From the NCBI RefSeq assembly GCF_009914755.1, contig NC_060947.1: a stretch of DNA of 64,000 bases, one strand, 5' to 3'. This document shows, in pieces, positions 27,784 to 47,167 of this stretch. A program made the translations under genes and the position numbers. Every line of letters starts with the position of its first letter. The first letter of the stretch is position 1. Under the pieces are notes generated by a model that was given only the letters and a program-made list of their open reading frames with translations, ran no database searches and had not been told where the DNA came from. The DNA is from the human T2T-CHM13v2.0 reference genome, Homo sapiens.

Positions 27784-30700
27784 TTTCCCCCTAAGGAGTG
27801 GGGACCCTAACTGCTGTTGGGGGTGTTGGACAATGACTCTTTCTGGCTACTTTCTGCTGAAAGGGGGTGCTTTGTGGGCAACAGAAGCTAGGGCTGCTCC
27901 TGGGGTTGATCTAAGAGTCCTCAGAAGAAAGGTGTGTCATGGTTTTGTCTGCAGCACCATTTGGAATTTGATTGCTGTCAGCCATTCCAGTGGGTTTTAA
28001 TACTGGTTTGCATCCACCAGATATTGCTGAAACATTAATATAAAAGTAAAACTCTTTTTAGGATAAATAGCATTAGGTTTGGGTGGCTAGTGTAACTTTA
28101 GTGTTAACCTTGGTTAAATCTTTGCTGCAATTATTAATCCTTTAATGACTCCCACAGACCATCTACAGCATGTTTAACTTTCTAACTTGTCCTAAACATC
28201 CCTCTTTTTAACAGCCAGTTATTCTCTTTAGGACAAGAATTTACCATACAAGATCCTTTCTTATATAAACCTCCATTTTATTACAACCCACTTTGCATAG
28301 CTAGGGTGTGACATATTACCAAACCCGATAAAAAGTCCCAGCAGACTCAGAGATAGTAAAACCTTCATGTTTACTGCTTGTCAGTAGCTATTATTTCTGC
28401 TATATGGATAATACTTAAGCGAAATGCAACAGCAATGGAAACTCTCTGTCCAACATTTCAGTTAGAAGGTGCTACTATGTATAGCTCTAATGCAAATAGT
28501 AGAGTGAGTATAGCAATTCCCACAAAGGTGCCATAGTAGATTATTTCCATCTAAAATTTAAGTTGTCAAGATATAGAATTTCCCTTTTTGGGGGTCTATG
28601 AAGTTCTTTGGTTTTATTTTCCCAAAGAAAACTCCAGGTTATGGGTACCCTATTTATTTTCATTACCTGGCAGGATTTTCAGGATAATTGCCCAGAACTA
28701 GCATATTGGTCCAGATTTTTACTTTACCCATCCCTTTTTGTTTCTTCCAAGCTGTAGGAGATCACTACTTGGTTCACAAGAGTAAGCAGGGTTCATCTAA
28801 AATGTAGGCAAAAACACTCAGAAACAACCAATGAGACTAAAATTTTACAACAAATGTATGATAAGTTTTGGAGCATAATTTTTCTCTCTCCAATCCTCAT
28901 TTTTGGTAAAAACAAATTATGATAGAACCGTATTGTTTGTAGAATAAACTTTAGTTTTATACTTCACCTGATTCTGTGCATAAAGTGCAGCAAGAATAAT
29001 TATCTTTCCCACGGGCTTTTAAATTGACTTTGGCGGAACTCTGTTTCACAAGGAATCTTAGATAAGACCTCTTAAAGCCAAGTCCAGCCATGGGTTTATA
29101 TCCTCAAATACCTGTGAGTTGGGTGATCCTTTCCTCTTAAAGTCCCAAGATAAACTCAGAGCTCCTAGACCTGTTATAAAGTGACATTCTTTATTGACTG
29201 CAGGTCAGGAACCCTGTACAGGGACTGCATAGATGACTGTATGAGGCAAGTCTATTTCTTTTTTTCCCCAAGGGGCTTTTATAAAGAAAATGTATTCTTA
29301 ATGCACTGATCCAAACCATATTGCCATAAGTTAAGAATACTCACAGTCTCCGAATTTTAGAGAAACCAGGCAGTGAAAAACAAATATGTTTCAAATTTTG
29401 TTCAAGAAGCCTACCTTACTTAATTGACAAAAGCAATAGATATCTTAAAGGAAAAGTTTCCTTGACTTTGAAGAAGAAAACAAAGATTAGCAATGTTTCA
29501 AGCAAAAAGTTAAAAAAGATTACTTCAGACTTCTATTAGTGTAATTCATGCAGTTCAACTACTGTTTGATATTCAGAAACATTTCAGCTCCTCATGAATC
29601 CTGTATATTTTCTCTATTCCAATGTTACAATCTTCAAAGCGATTAGAAACCTGCATTTGAGAACAACTGTTAAAGTCCTATAGCTTGATTATAAACCATC
29701 TTTTGAAAGGGAACAAAGCAAGACAGCAATTGTCTGTGAAAGACAAAATTTCCAGGGTAGTTACAGTTAAAAACACGACTGACAGAGATTTGGTTCTTTC
29801 TGTTGTTTACAATAACTTCAACCTTAATTATAATTGATAGTATATATTTAAACATTAGAATTTTAGAAATCCCACACAATTTTGAAACATACACTAATAT
29901 TATTCACTAAAATATAACCTGAAGAAGATTAAACATCATTTTGGCAATCTCACATACGTAACCATGTTAAATAATCCTGTTAACCTTTTTTTTTCTGGAC
30001 ACTTTAAGGGCCCTTCTGAAGTCTCCAAAAAGCCAGGTGTCAGGAAAGACAATTTTAAAACTGAGGTGTGATTTTGAGAAGCCTCTTAAGTATGTTAGAG
30101 GTTTAACTTTTTTTTTTTTAATTTTTTATTATACTTTAAGTTTTACGGTACATGTGCACATTGTGCAGGTTAGTTAGAGGTTTAAAATACTTGATGTTAT
30201 GAAATAGAATTCCAGATTACCATAAATTATTTATTTTGCCAAAATGATGACTCATAAGGCAAAAATCTTTCATTAGCCTTTACTATTACATGAAAATCCT
30301 GTTCAAAGCCAAATTTTACCCTTGAATTAGTTTATTATAGTTAATCCCAATTTTTAGTGAAATCTCATAGACAATTACATCTAATCTTAACCAATTTGAC
30401 CATGGGTGAAATGTTTGCAAACCTTTTATAACCGTTTTGCTAAAAGGCAGACTAGCATCTTAAGACCATCTTGCTGTGCCTTTATTTAAATGCTCAATTT
30501 ATGAAAAAACCATGTAGTACCATTTTGAATTTAGTTACTGTTTATACATGGGATTTTTTTGCAAGATTAATTTTTGCAATCTTTCATAACTTGCTTAAAT
30601 CTTCAGCTTTAGTTTATCTAATTTAAAACAATCCTTTATCCCTAGGCAAAATTTACATTTCCATGCCTTCTTATAATCATTTACTAAAAGCATACGTTAC

Positions 30701-31935
30701 TGTCTTTACACACCTTGAAAATAAATCTATTTTTAGTAGTTTAAATTACATGTCATAATGATAACTTCTAGTAATTTGTAACTTTAATGTGAAACCTGGT
30801 GAGTTGTTTTCATTATATACTAGACACAGAGAAAGTCTGACTTTTTTCAGTATAATTAGGGGTGTGGTTAATTTTGTATGTCCCCAGGCCTCACCAAGTT
30901 GTAAAGCAGGCAGTTTACAACCTTGAAACATTTATCAAACCTAGTATGAGAATTGTATGATTTAGACCACCTATTTGCATTTTGACAACACTTGTATTTT
31001 ACCAATAATCCTTAGGACTATTTTTATTTATTAAAGATTAACATCACATGAAATAAAAGGCATTACAGATTTTATTTTTCCTTTAAAACATATTTAATTT
31101 AAGCACTTATTTCTTAAGACAATTAGAGCTCTTTTTATAGACATTACACACAACACATGTATAGCTACACAGACAGAAGATTCAACACTTTAAAGATTTT
31201 TCATTTGCCGTTTTCTTAATTGGATTACTGGCTTCGGGGGATGCCTTGGAAGAACAGGGACAGGAAAGCAGGCATTCCTAGGGTCTGATAATCAGACACA
31301 TCTGAAGGCAAAGCCAGATCCCCAAAATTAAGAGTGCCATTTTATACTGGATCCTGGATCCCCCAAAGGAGGGAAATGCTATGGGAAAAGATAGCACAGT
31401 GTTTCTACCATGCATTTCATTGCAAGGCAACCCAAAGATAAACAGTTCTTTTTGCAATCAGCCCATCATCTGTGGGAGTCTCATTTCTCAGGTCAGATTG
31501 GGGATGTTTTTATATCTTCTGGGTGGCTGAGAGAATGCCTCTCTGTTCCAAATGTGCAAATAGTTAAGTAGCCCTCCATAACCAGTATTAGCCATCACAT
31601 AAAGTATATTTCCTGCCTAGTTATTACACATCAAGTATCTCTCATAATGTGAAGTAGTTTCTGATATCCCCAAAACTCAAAATCATCAGATAACACAATG
31701 CAAAACAAAACAGAGTCCTGGATTTTGAGAGAGATCTATCCACTTTTAACTCCTGGGATTTCATAAGGAAAATAGAGGCTTTCTTCTAAAATGGAGTCTG
31801 TAGCACCTCCTCTGTTCCCAAGGAGTCCCAGGCTAACAGATGTTATCCTAGGGCCTCTCATGTGTATTAAGAGTGGCAAGAAAATGGAGAAAAATAATTC
31901 AGTTGACTGAGAACAAAATAAAACCTTTTTCACCC
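27784..31935 (-). mobile_element. MER50/MER4-group ERV internal sequence, 5'-truncated at the L1
   Basis: Contiguous with the LTR via the PPT; AT-rich and non-coding, typical of MER4-group internals; no second LTR seen. Confidence 0.65.
30107..30172 (-). mobile_element. Ultra-short young L1 3' end inserted in the ERV internal region
   Basis: Poly-T plus tatactttaagttttacggtacatgtgcacattgtgcagg; TSD GTTAGAGGTTTAA at 30094-30106 and 30173-30185. Confidence 0.85.
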
Positions 31936-31938
31936 AAT

Positions 31939-38180
<6,242 letters not shown>

Positions 38181-39049
38181 ATTAATGAAATGCTTAGCCG
38201 GGCATGGCCAATGGAATTAGAATTAGCCCAGTCTTGCTATAACTTTCTGCTTCCTTATTGTCCTGAGTTTCAGTGGGCAACAGATTCATCTTTGGAGATT
38301 ACTACAGAAATCTCTGCAACACTGTCTTTTTGCATTCATAACTTAAGGCTTTCATAATTATTGCAGAAGTTTCTCAGTCTCTCCATGTGAAATTTCTCTT
38401 AGCTATTGGATTTTAGATATTTCACAGTTCCTTTTGTGCTTTTAAACACACAGGTCCAATTCTGCTACTTAAAGTGGTTCCATGTTCCATTCGCCTGCTC
38501 AAAATATGCCTGTTTAATTCCTCTTCTATGGTGATTGATCTGTTTACACTATACTATACTAGACTGGGGAAGTTTTAAAGTTGAATCCAGCTTTTTAGAA
38601 TGCAGACAGCTGCTAAATTGGTGACAAAAATGAGATGCTACCTTAAAAAGTCTATCCAAATGTACCAAAGGTACTTGCTGTATGAGGCATCATAACTTCC
38701 TGTGAAAATGAAAGCTATGCACTTTTTGAATTAAAAACAATGGTGCACAGATATACATACACTCCTGAGCATGCATCAGGTGTGCCGCACACATTCACAC
38801 ACACGCCTCCTCTCCCCCGCACACACATTATCTTAGAGTGTGCCTTGGCATCCTTCTTCACGTAGACATACGACATTGTTGAAGAGACCCAGCTCTGTGT
38901 GGTCAGTCTGTGTGCCCAGCATCACCTTTGTCCCTCCACAGCTATGTGCCCACTTTGTGTGGTCTTTATATTTTTCTGAAGAAGAGTCAGGTTACTCATT
39001 CACTTTATTTGTGTACACACTTCAAAAAATATATATTATAACATTTCTA

Positions 39050-39900
39050 TAATATCCAATAAAAGGATGAAATTAGAGGATGTGACTTCTGACCCAATAA
39101 AGGACAAAATAAAATGGTAATAATCAAGCTAAAATAAAACAAACACAAACAAGGTAGACAGAATAAAAGTGATATGAACAGCAAGTATACTAACAGAAAG
39201 TACAATATAAGATGATAGAAATGAGTCCACAAACACAATGGATACAAACAGATTAAACTCTATAATGAAAAGATAAAGACACAAAAGGTTTGAAAAGAAG
39301 ATGATGGAAAACCAAACACCAAATATATGTTAACCCAAGTAAAAGAGGCTTAACTGTATCAACATCAGATGAATTAAATATTAATGCTAAAGTCATCCTT
39401 ATGGATAAAACAGTCATCCATTTGAGAAAATCTGTTAAGTTCTCAGATAGCTATAACAATTTAAATCTACATGCATCTAATTAAATGGCATTAATATATA
39501 TAATGTACATAAAAGAAAAATTAACAGAACAAAAATAGAAATGAACAAATCCACCATTATATTGGAATAATTCAGCATATTCTCACCAGCTGTGAGAATG
39601 GTCTATGACTGGCATAGAGACCAAAAGTAATATAAATATAAAAGATTTAATAGTTTAATAAGCTCCTTATAATGGACACATATAGAAAACTACGCCAAAT
39701 AATTGGAGAACACACAATCTTTTCAAGCATTCCAGAAAATTTTCTAAAACTTGGTTACCCACTTGACATAAAGTATGTCTTCTCAAATTTCAAAGAATCT
39801 GAAATTTTCTGACTCTAATACAAAAATTTAAAAATTAATATCAAAAGAAAGCCTTCAATGGCCCTGTATATTTAAAAATGTAAAAAGACACGTAAAGATC
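39050..39900 (+). mobile_element. Highly decayed old L1 ORF2 (endonuclease-region) fragment
   Basis: A-rich sequence with L1 ORF2-like motifs (gattaaactctataatgaaaagataaagac, gaacacacaatcttttcaagc). Confidence 0.45.
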
Positions 39901-41208
39901 TCTGTGAGTTAAAAGTCATAATAAAAATAAAATTGTGTCTAGGAGACTTTGATAATAATAACAAACTTAATTTACTCCATTCATAATTAAGGCTTTCATA
40001 ATTATTGCACAAGTTTGACAAAGTACATATTTAAAAGAAAAATTTTACCTTTAATTTTTATGCATGGATCTTATTTGGGCCATAAGCCAAGCACATGAAT
40101 GTGTGTGTGTGTGTGTGTGCATCTGTATATATACAAGATATTCTACTCTGGGGCAGGCAGAAATGTCTAGGAGTTGGGATGAAATGGAATTGGCCATGAG
40201 TTGATGACTGCGGAAGCTTGGAGAAGGCCTGTAGCTGTTTCTTGGACCATTATCTCCCTCTCATCCTTCACCCCAACGAGTCCTGTATCTAGTCCCATAT
40301 AACAACACCACACACTGAGACAAATATTTTTGTCAGCTTCTTACATACACGTTGAGATGACTTTATACATTTATAAGAAACAAGTAAAGGCATATATGTA
40401 TTTTCCCTTGTTCACATAATATATAGTATATCATACACATCCATTTACAACCCACTTTTTTCACCTAACATCATATCTCAGAAAGCCTTCCTTATCATTT
40501 GATTGTAGTGGCATTCCCACCATTTGGACACACAGTGTTTTATTGAATCCTTCCTCTCCTGAGGAACATCTAGGGTGTTTGTAACTCTGTGCGAAGGCTA
40601 GGGCTGCCGTGAACAAAACTGTGCATCCGCCACGTCATCCATGGGCAAGTGTCTCTGCAGGAAACATTCTCAAAAATGGAACAGCTGGGAGAGCTGGGTC
40701 CCATATCTGATCATTAATACATTTTATTACTGGTGGATATTACCAAATATTTCTCCTCGGGGATTGTACCAATTTGTACTTGTACCAGAAGTGTGCAGGA
40801 GTTATTTGCAATACTTTAATAACCCAGTGCATTTGCGTCCTACCTCATCAGATGCCACCCTCTGGGAGATGATTTAAGAGGGATGTCTTCCATGACAATA
40901 CCTCCTGGGCTGCACTAGGAGACAGACACGTGCCCCTAGGGGTCCCGCAAATGCATGTCTCATAACACTTCTCACACTGCATTATGATTGCCAGGGTTCT
41001 TCATTTTCTCAAGCTCCTGAATACCAGTTCTGTCTTATTTGTCTTCTTTCACCTGTACTTCCTACCATGCCAAACCCACAGGAAGCTATTGGAGTGTTTG
41101 TAACATGAATCTTTAAAAATGGGCTGAGGTCTCTATGGATTATATATACTTCCTAAATCAATTTCAAAATACAAAAAAATACAAGCAAGAAATAGAAAGC
41201 ACATATTT

Positions 41209-41209
<1 letters not shown>

Positions 41210-41251
<42 letters not shown>

Positions 41252-41617
41252 TTTTTTGTGAGCAACAAGGCTGTTTATTTCACCTGGGTGCAGGCGGGCT
41301 GAGTCCGAAAAGACAGTCAGTGAAGGGAGATAGGGGTGGGGCCGTTTTATAGGATTTGGGTAGGTAAAGGAAAATTACAGTCAAAGGGGGTTGTTATCTG
41401 GCAGGCAGGGGCGGAGGTCACAAGGTGCTCAGTGGGGGAGCTTTTGAGCCAGGATGAGCCAGGAGAAGGAATTTCATAAAGTAATGTCATCAGTTAAGGC
41501 AGGAACAGGCCATTTTCACTTCTTTTGTGGTGGAATGTCATCAGTTAAGGCAGGAACCGGCCATCTGGATGTGTACCTGCAGGTCACAGGGGATATGATG
41601 GCTTAACTCGGGCTCAG
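41210..41617 (-). mobile_element. LTR7 (HERV-H) U3-R segment with poly-A tail, inserted by L1 machinery
   Basis: LTR7 sequence ends at AATAAACAGCCTTGTTGCTCACA, followed by a (TAAA)n tail; 14-bp TSD AAAGCACATATTTT at 41196-41209 and 41622-41635. Confidence 0.9.
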
Positions 41618-41648
41618 CGAAAAAGCACATATTTTAAAAAAGCATTAC

Positions 41649-44310
41649 AGTGTGGAGATTCCTTGAAGAACTAAAAGTAGAACTAGCATTTTTTTTTGGT
41701 TACTTTTGCATTTTGTTTTGTTTTTAAACATGATACGCCGTTGTCCAGGGAAGGCAGAGAACAGTGAAGTTATTCCAGCCACAGAGAAAGGGAATGCCAG
41801 GGTGCAAGCCTCTCTTGCCAAAAGCCTTGGAGAATCTAGAAGAAATTTTTGGTCGTGGAGAGGCAGGAACGTGGATCTTGGGGCTGGACAGCCTTGGCCC
41901 AGGTTCGGGTCCTTGCTCTGCCATGTACTTTCCCGGACCTCTCAGTGGGGTCCCTGGGCCAGCAGCATCGCATGCCCTGGGAGTTTGTTAGAGCAGAGCC
42001 CACTGAGTCAGATGTGCATTTTCAACTAGACCGCCAGGCGATTCTTAGCATGTTAAGGTTTGAAGAACATTGACCTGGGATTCTGGGCAAGCCAAATCAC
42101 TCCAGTGTGCCTTAGGGTCCTTATCTGTCGCGTGGTGATAATGCCTACTTGAAAAGGTCGTTGTGATAATTCAATGAGGTAAGGTAGTCCAGCGCTGAGC
42201 ATAGTGCCTGGTCCATAGGAGGTGTTCCATATTTATCTCCAGCCCGTGGACCTTCTTTCGGGAAGTTTAAATTTCTTTTCCACTCTCAAAATGGCCTCTT
42301 GGTTTTGAACTTGAAGCTGTTGTAGTGCTGCAGTCGGACAGTAGAGGGCAATCTCGGTATTGCCATCGCGGAGAGCGCGACACCAGGCTGTGTGGGTCCG
42401 GACTGAGAGTGCGCCGGTGCTGCCGGCCAGCACCTGGGTACCCGGCCAGCACCTGGGTACCCACCCAGCTCGCTTACTTAGCAGCACCCCTTCCGGGGTC
42501 GAGAGTCCTGGGCCTGAGCCTGCAGCCTCGGCCATCTGGTCCCTCACTTGATCTCCCACTGCTAGTTATAAACAAATCTTGTGCAAACCTCCCGGGCTCA
42601 TCCGCAGTCCCGCGGAGCGGCTAGACGTTGATGAAGGATCCCTGGTCGCCTTTGGCCGTCTCGGGCTCCAGGCAGCGCCCCTTCCTCTGTGTGACGTGAG
42701 GTTCTGGTGGAATTTGGCATAGCAGCGCAACCCTCCAGGAAGTCTTGGTGATGGTCGCACGGTTCCCCTTCTGCTGATGATGTTTCGTTACTGTCACTGG
42801 AGAGTTTACCCTGGTTTTTCTTTCTTCTTTGCAGAGGGCCCGCCATCAGGTTTTAAGTCTTCATAATCGGTCCAGTCGAACAAGGCCACGTCCAGTGTGG
42901 GTATCACCTCCCCGTCAGGCCTGCGCTGTGCCTGGGGCCGCAGGGGGGCGATGAGCAGGATCAGGGACTCTTCTGTGGCAGGTGCTGCCTCAAAGGTGGT
43001 GAGGAAGAGCATGGTGGGGGCCAGACTGGCGGAAGAATCCTCCATGGTCGCATCCAGCGCCTTGGCTTCGGAGAGCTCCGCCTTCATCAGGGAGCTGGGA
43101 CCTCCGACCAAGGCTCGGCCTCGGTGCAGCCTCAGCCTGTCCCTGCGTCTCTTGTACTCCCTGCTGCGTTTCCTGGCTCTCTACCACCCTGGACACCGAT
43201 TCTCCTTCTTGGGGTAGGGAAACTCGAGCCCCAGGAGCAGGTCCTTGACCCGCAGCAGGCCTGCAGGACTCTGCTCAGGCAGCGGCCCCTCAGGCCCTGG
43301 CAGCCTGTAAGCCTGCCTGGTGGCGGTGAGCACAGCCCTATCCTGGGCCTCCCTGGGCAGGCCTGAGCCCCACTCCTTCTTGCCCGGGCCCCGCTGGCGG
43401 TGGTGGCTGGCCTGAGGCGACCACAGCGCTGGGCCTGGGAGGTCGATGTGATTCTCGGGTAGATTCTGAGCAGGGGTCCCAGGTGCAAGGGCGTTTGCCA
43501 GGCTCAGCTCCAGGGGCAGCAGGAGGACTAGGACTAGGGTCGGCAGGGAGGAGGCGGAGGGGCGCCGGGCCGAGCACCCGCGGGAGCCTAGCGCAGCAGA
43601 GGGTGAGCCGCAGAGCGGGGACTGCGGGGTGGAGAGGTGCGCGGGCGGCGGGAGAATGTCAGAACTACCATTTGATCCAGCAATCCCACTACTGGGTATC
43701 TACCCAGAGGAAAAGAAAGGAAAAGAAGTCATTATACGAAAAAGATACTTGCACAAGCATGTTTGCAGCAACACAATTCGCAATTGCAAAAACAGGGAAC
43801 CAACCCAAATGCCCATCAATCAACGAGTGGATAAACTGATATACATATATATATATGTTTCTTATATATATGTTTCTTTTATATATGTTTCTTATATATA
43901 TATCAGTTTCTTATATATATATGATAAAAAAACTATGCAGTCATAAAAAGGAATGAATTAATGGCATTCCTAGTGACCTGGATGAGACTGGAGACTATTA
44001 TTCTAAGTGAAGTAACTCAGGAATTGAAAACCAAATATCGTTATGTTCTCACTCCTAAGTGGGAGCTAAGCTATGAGGATGCAAAGGCATAAGAATGATG
44101 CAATGGACTTTGGGGACTCAGGGGGGAAGGGTGAGAAGGGGGTGAGGGATAAAAGACTGCAAATTGGTTCAGTGTATACTGCTCAGGTGATGGGTGCACC
44201 AGAATCTCACAAATCACCACTAAAGAACTTACTCATGTGACCAAACACCACCTGCTCCTCAATAACCCATGGAAATAAAATTAAAATAAATAAAAAGAAA
44301 TTTAAAAAAA
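41649..44310 (+). mobile_element. 5'-truncated L1PB1-like element interrupted by the DRAXIN retrocopy (L1 parts 41649-41691 and 43661-44310)
   Basis: L1 sequence gtgtggagattcc...gtagaactaccatttgatccagc continues across the insert; TSD AAAAAAGCATTAC at 41636-41648 and 44312-44324. Confidence 0.85.
41692..43660 (-). pseudogene. DRAXINP1: DRAXIN processed pseudogene
   Basis: Intronless fragments [33 protein letters not shown]...[23 protein letters not shown] and LRCYAKFH...GDQGSFINV* (stop 42621-42623) match DRAXIN. It has frameshifts, no initiator ATG, a short A-tail, and TSD AGAACTA[G/C]CAT at 41679 and 43661. Confidence 0.92.
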
Positions 44311-44772
44311 TAAAAAAGCATTACGAAGTCAAATTCAGTAAAAGAGACACAAACATGGTTTAAAATGACCCAAAAATAACAACTTTCAAATTCTGAACAC
44401 AGATAGGGATGGGGCTATTTGTTTGTTTTAGTGCCTATAGAAATTGTATTATAACCAGGCTTTTATAGTCATTTGTTGAAAAAAAAGTACAACATAAAGT
44501 GAATACACTAATCAAGGAAGCTGTATATATGCTATAAATATATACATTTTTCATATATGTCCATAGGGGAATGCCCATCATTCTGGAGAAGTTGCATGGA
44601 GCTGTTTAGTACATTTTAAACTAATTTTCCTAAAAAAAAAAAGAGAATTTCTCCTAAATTCAGACACTGCTTCATTGGTTAATTCATTTTTTAATCCATC
44701 CATTCACTCAATATCTCAGCAAATATTTATGGTGGCTTTTTTTTTTTTTCCTTTTAGTAAAGGACTATGCTA

Positions 44773-44880
44773 GGCCAGGCACAGTGGCTCATTGCTTGTA
44801 ATCGTAGCACTTTGGGAGGCCGAGGTGGGAGAATCACTTGAGCCAGGAGTTGGAAACCAGCCTAGGCTCTGTCTCTACTA
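44773..44880 (+). mobile_element. FLAM/Alu monomer
   Basis: ggccaggcacagtggctc start; TSD AAAGGACTATGCTA. Confidence 0.8.
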
Positions 44881-46194
44881 AGAATAATAGCTAAATTTAA
44901 AAAATATATTTTAAAAAAGGACTATGCTAGTTCTTTAAGGTATCCAAAGCTTATCTGACAAAAATCCCAGGCTCTGTAAATTTATAGAAGAGTGGGAAAT
45001 AATTTTATCAGTAAATTATATCATTGTACTTAAAATGTTTTGATTTGGCTTTGATTCTAAGAAATGCAAGGAAATATAAAATGGTTTACATTAATTATAT
45101 ATTGCATATATTCATATGCAAATATTTAAATATGTATTAAAATGTATATGTGGTATATTATTCAACCTTGTTTGTGAATTTAGGAAAAAAGAGATTTGTA
45201 CATTTTAAAACTTCTTTGTATGAAAAAAAATTCTGGAAACTGTAAGTGCGAGCTATCTACATTAGTGTTTCTGTGTTTGCCAAAACAGTATTACAGCCCA
45301 AAGGGGAATGGTTGAGGACAGATAACTTGACCAAATGGCCCTGGCTAAAAAAGGCGAGGAGATTGCATCAAACTCACTCCAAAAGCGAATCAAAGAATAA
45401 CTTGAAACTGCTGTCACTCATTTAGATTTTGCTTCCTGGTCCTTAGTGGTAGCTGATGAGGTTTAGAAATAAGCACATGTATCTGTCTATACTGAAGGGA
45501 AGAAGATAAATCTACTATGGCACCAGTTCCAAACACTGCATGAGCAGTCGAGAGAAACAATTTACCAGATCATGCTTAATGGCAAATCAGAAATGACAGG
45601 TATGAAATGACATGTATGAAAACATCGGGCTGCAACTTGAAAATACTGGAAAATGAGTCATCTATGTTTACAGAACCAATCAGATCTTGGACTGATAACA
45701 CTTTGTAAGTTGCAATTGCTGGATATCATGTATCTATGTGATCAGGACCATCTGTAATGATGAATGGCTCATGTTCACACAGCTTCAAATGCCTGATTTC
45801 TGAAATGATCAACTATTTATTAGGTGTAAGGTAAGGGCAATGATGCATATGATCTTCTCCTGTGCTTAGAGATGTTAAAATTCACTTACGGAACTACGAA
45901 CATTATGACATGCAATAAAACTTCTAAACTATGTAGTAACATCCAAGGCAGGATTTTGTGGATTATGTGTTAGTAATGATATTTAAAGAGAATATTAACA
46001 TTTTGTTAAGCAAATATATTAATATATTAATTATGTGATAATTTTCATTTTAAATACAATAAATTAATTTTATCGTAAGCATCTTCTTTTCTATTTACAC
46101 ATAAAACTCCTACAAATTCACATAATAAAAACTGATGTTTTTAATCTGTACTCAAGAATAGAGAGTCATATGTTTTATATAAAGAGAGTCTATT

Positions 46195-46720
46195 TCAACA
46201 TGGCAAAACCGCTTCTCTACTAAAAATACAAAAATTACCTGGGCATGGTGATGCGTGCCTGTGGTCCTAGCTCCTTGGGAGTCTGAGATGGGAGGATGAC
46301 TTGAGGCCAGGAGACAGAGGTTGCAGTGATCTATGATTACACCACTGCCCTCCAGCCTGGATGATAGAGCAAGACCCTGTCTCAAAATAAAATAAAATAA
46401 AATAAATAAAATAAAATAAAATAAAATAAATAAAATAAAATAAAATAAATAAAATAAAATAAAATAAAATAAAATAAAATAAAATAAAATAAAATACAAA
46501 GTGTATAGGTCAGCTGGATACAGTGGCTCATGCCTGCAATCCCAGCACTTTGGGAGGCTGAGGCAGGAGGATCACTTGAGGCTAGGAGCTCAAGACCAGC
46601 CTGGGCAACACACTGAGACCACGTCTCTACAAAACACACACAAAAAAATTAGCCAGCATGGTGGCACACGCCTGTATTCCCAGGTACTCGGGAGGCCTGA
46701 AGTGAGAGGATCCCTTGAGC
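46195..46720 (+). mobile_element. Two adjacent partial Alus separated by a long (AAAAT)n tail at 46384-46495
   Basis: Alu right-arm sequence, pentanucleotide tail, second Alu from ~46513. Confidence 0.85.
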
Positions 46721-46994
46721 CATCGCATACAATTTGCAGCCAGGTGGAAGACAGTACAGACCTCAAAGCCTCCATTAACTCAATGAACCCCTTCCCCAGC
46801 ACACGGACACATACACAAAGACTTACACTCATGGCACTTGCTTATGGGAGCCAGTGTTTCTCCTTGGGGGTAGCAAGGATGAGCTTTTTATTGTCACTGT
46901 GCCTTCTCAGTTTATGCAAGTCAATACCTTTGGACAAGGGCTGAGAAGAGGATGGAATCCACCCTACCTCCCTCTTTATAATGGTGCCATTTAA

Positions 46995-47122
46995 AAAATT
47001 ATTTTGTAGAGATGAGATCTTGCTATGCTGGCCAGGGTGGTCTCAAACTCCTGGCCTCAAGTGATTCTCCCATCCCTGCCTCCCAAAGCGCTGGGATTAC
47101 AGGCATGAGCTACTGTGCCCAC
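46995..47122 (-). mobile_element. FLAM/Alu monomer
   Basis: Antisense left arm flanked by tgccattt. Confidence 0.8.
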
Positions 47123-47167
47123 CTAAAACAATGCCATTTTTAAGATGAGGTGCATTTAAAGAAAGGG

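Noticed and set aside
42233-43946. Cluster of overlapping ORFs suggesting a live gene
   Set aside because: Explained by the frameshifted, ATG-less DRAXIN retrocopy and its antisense frames.
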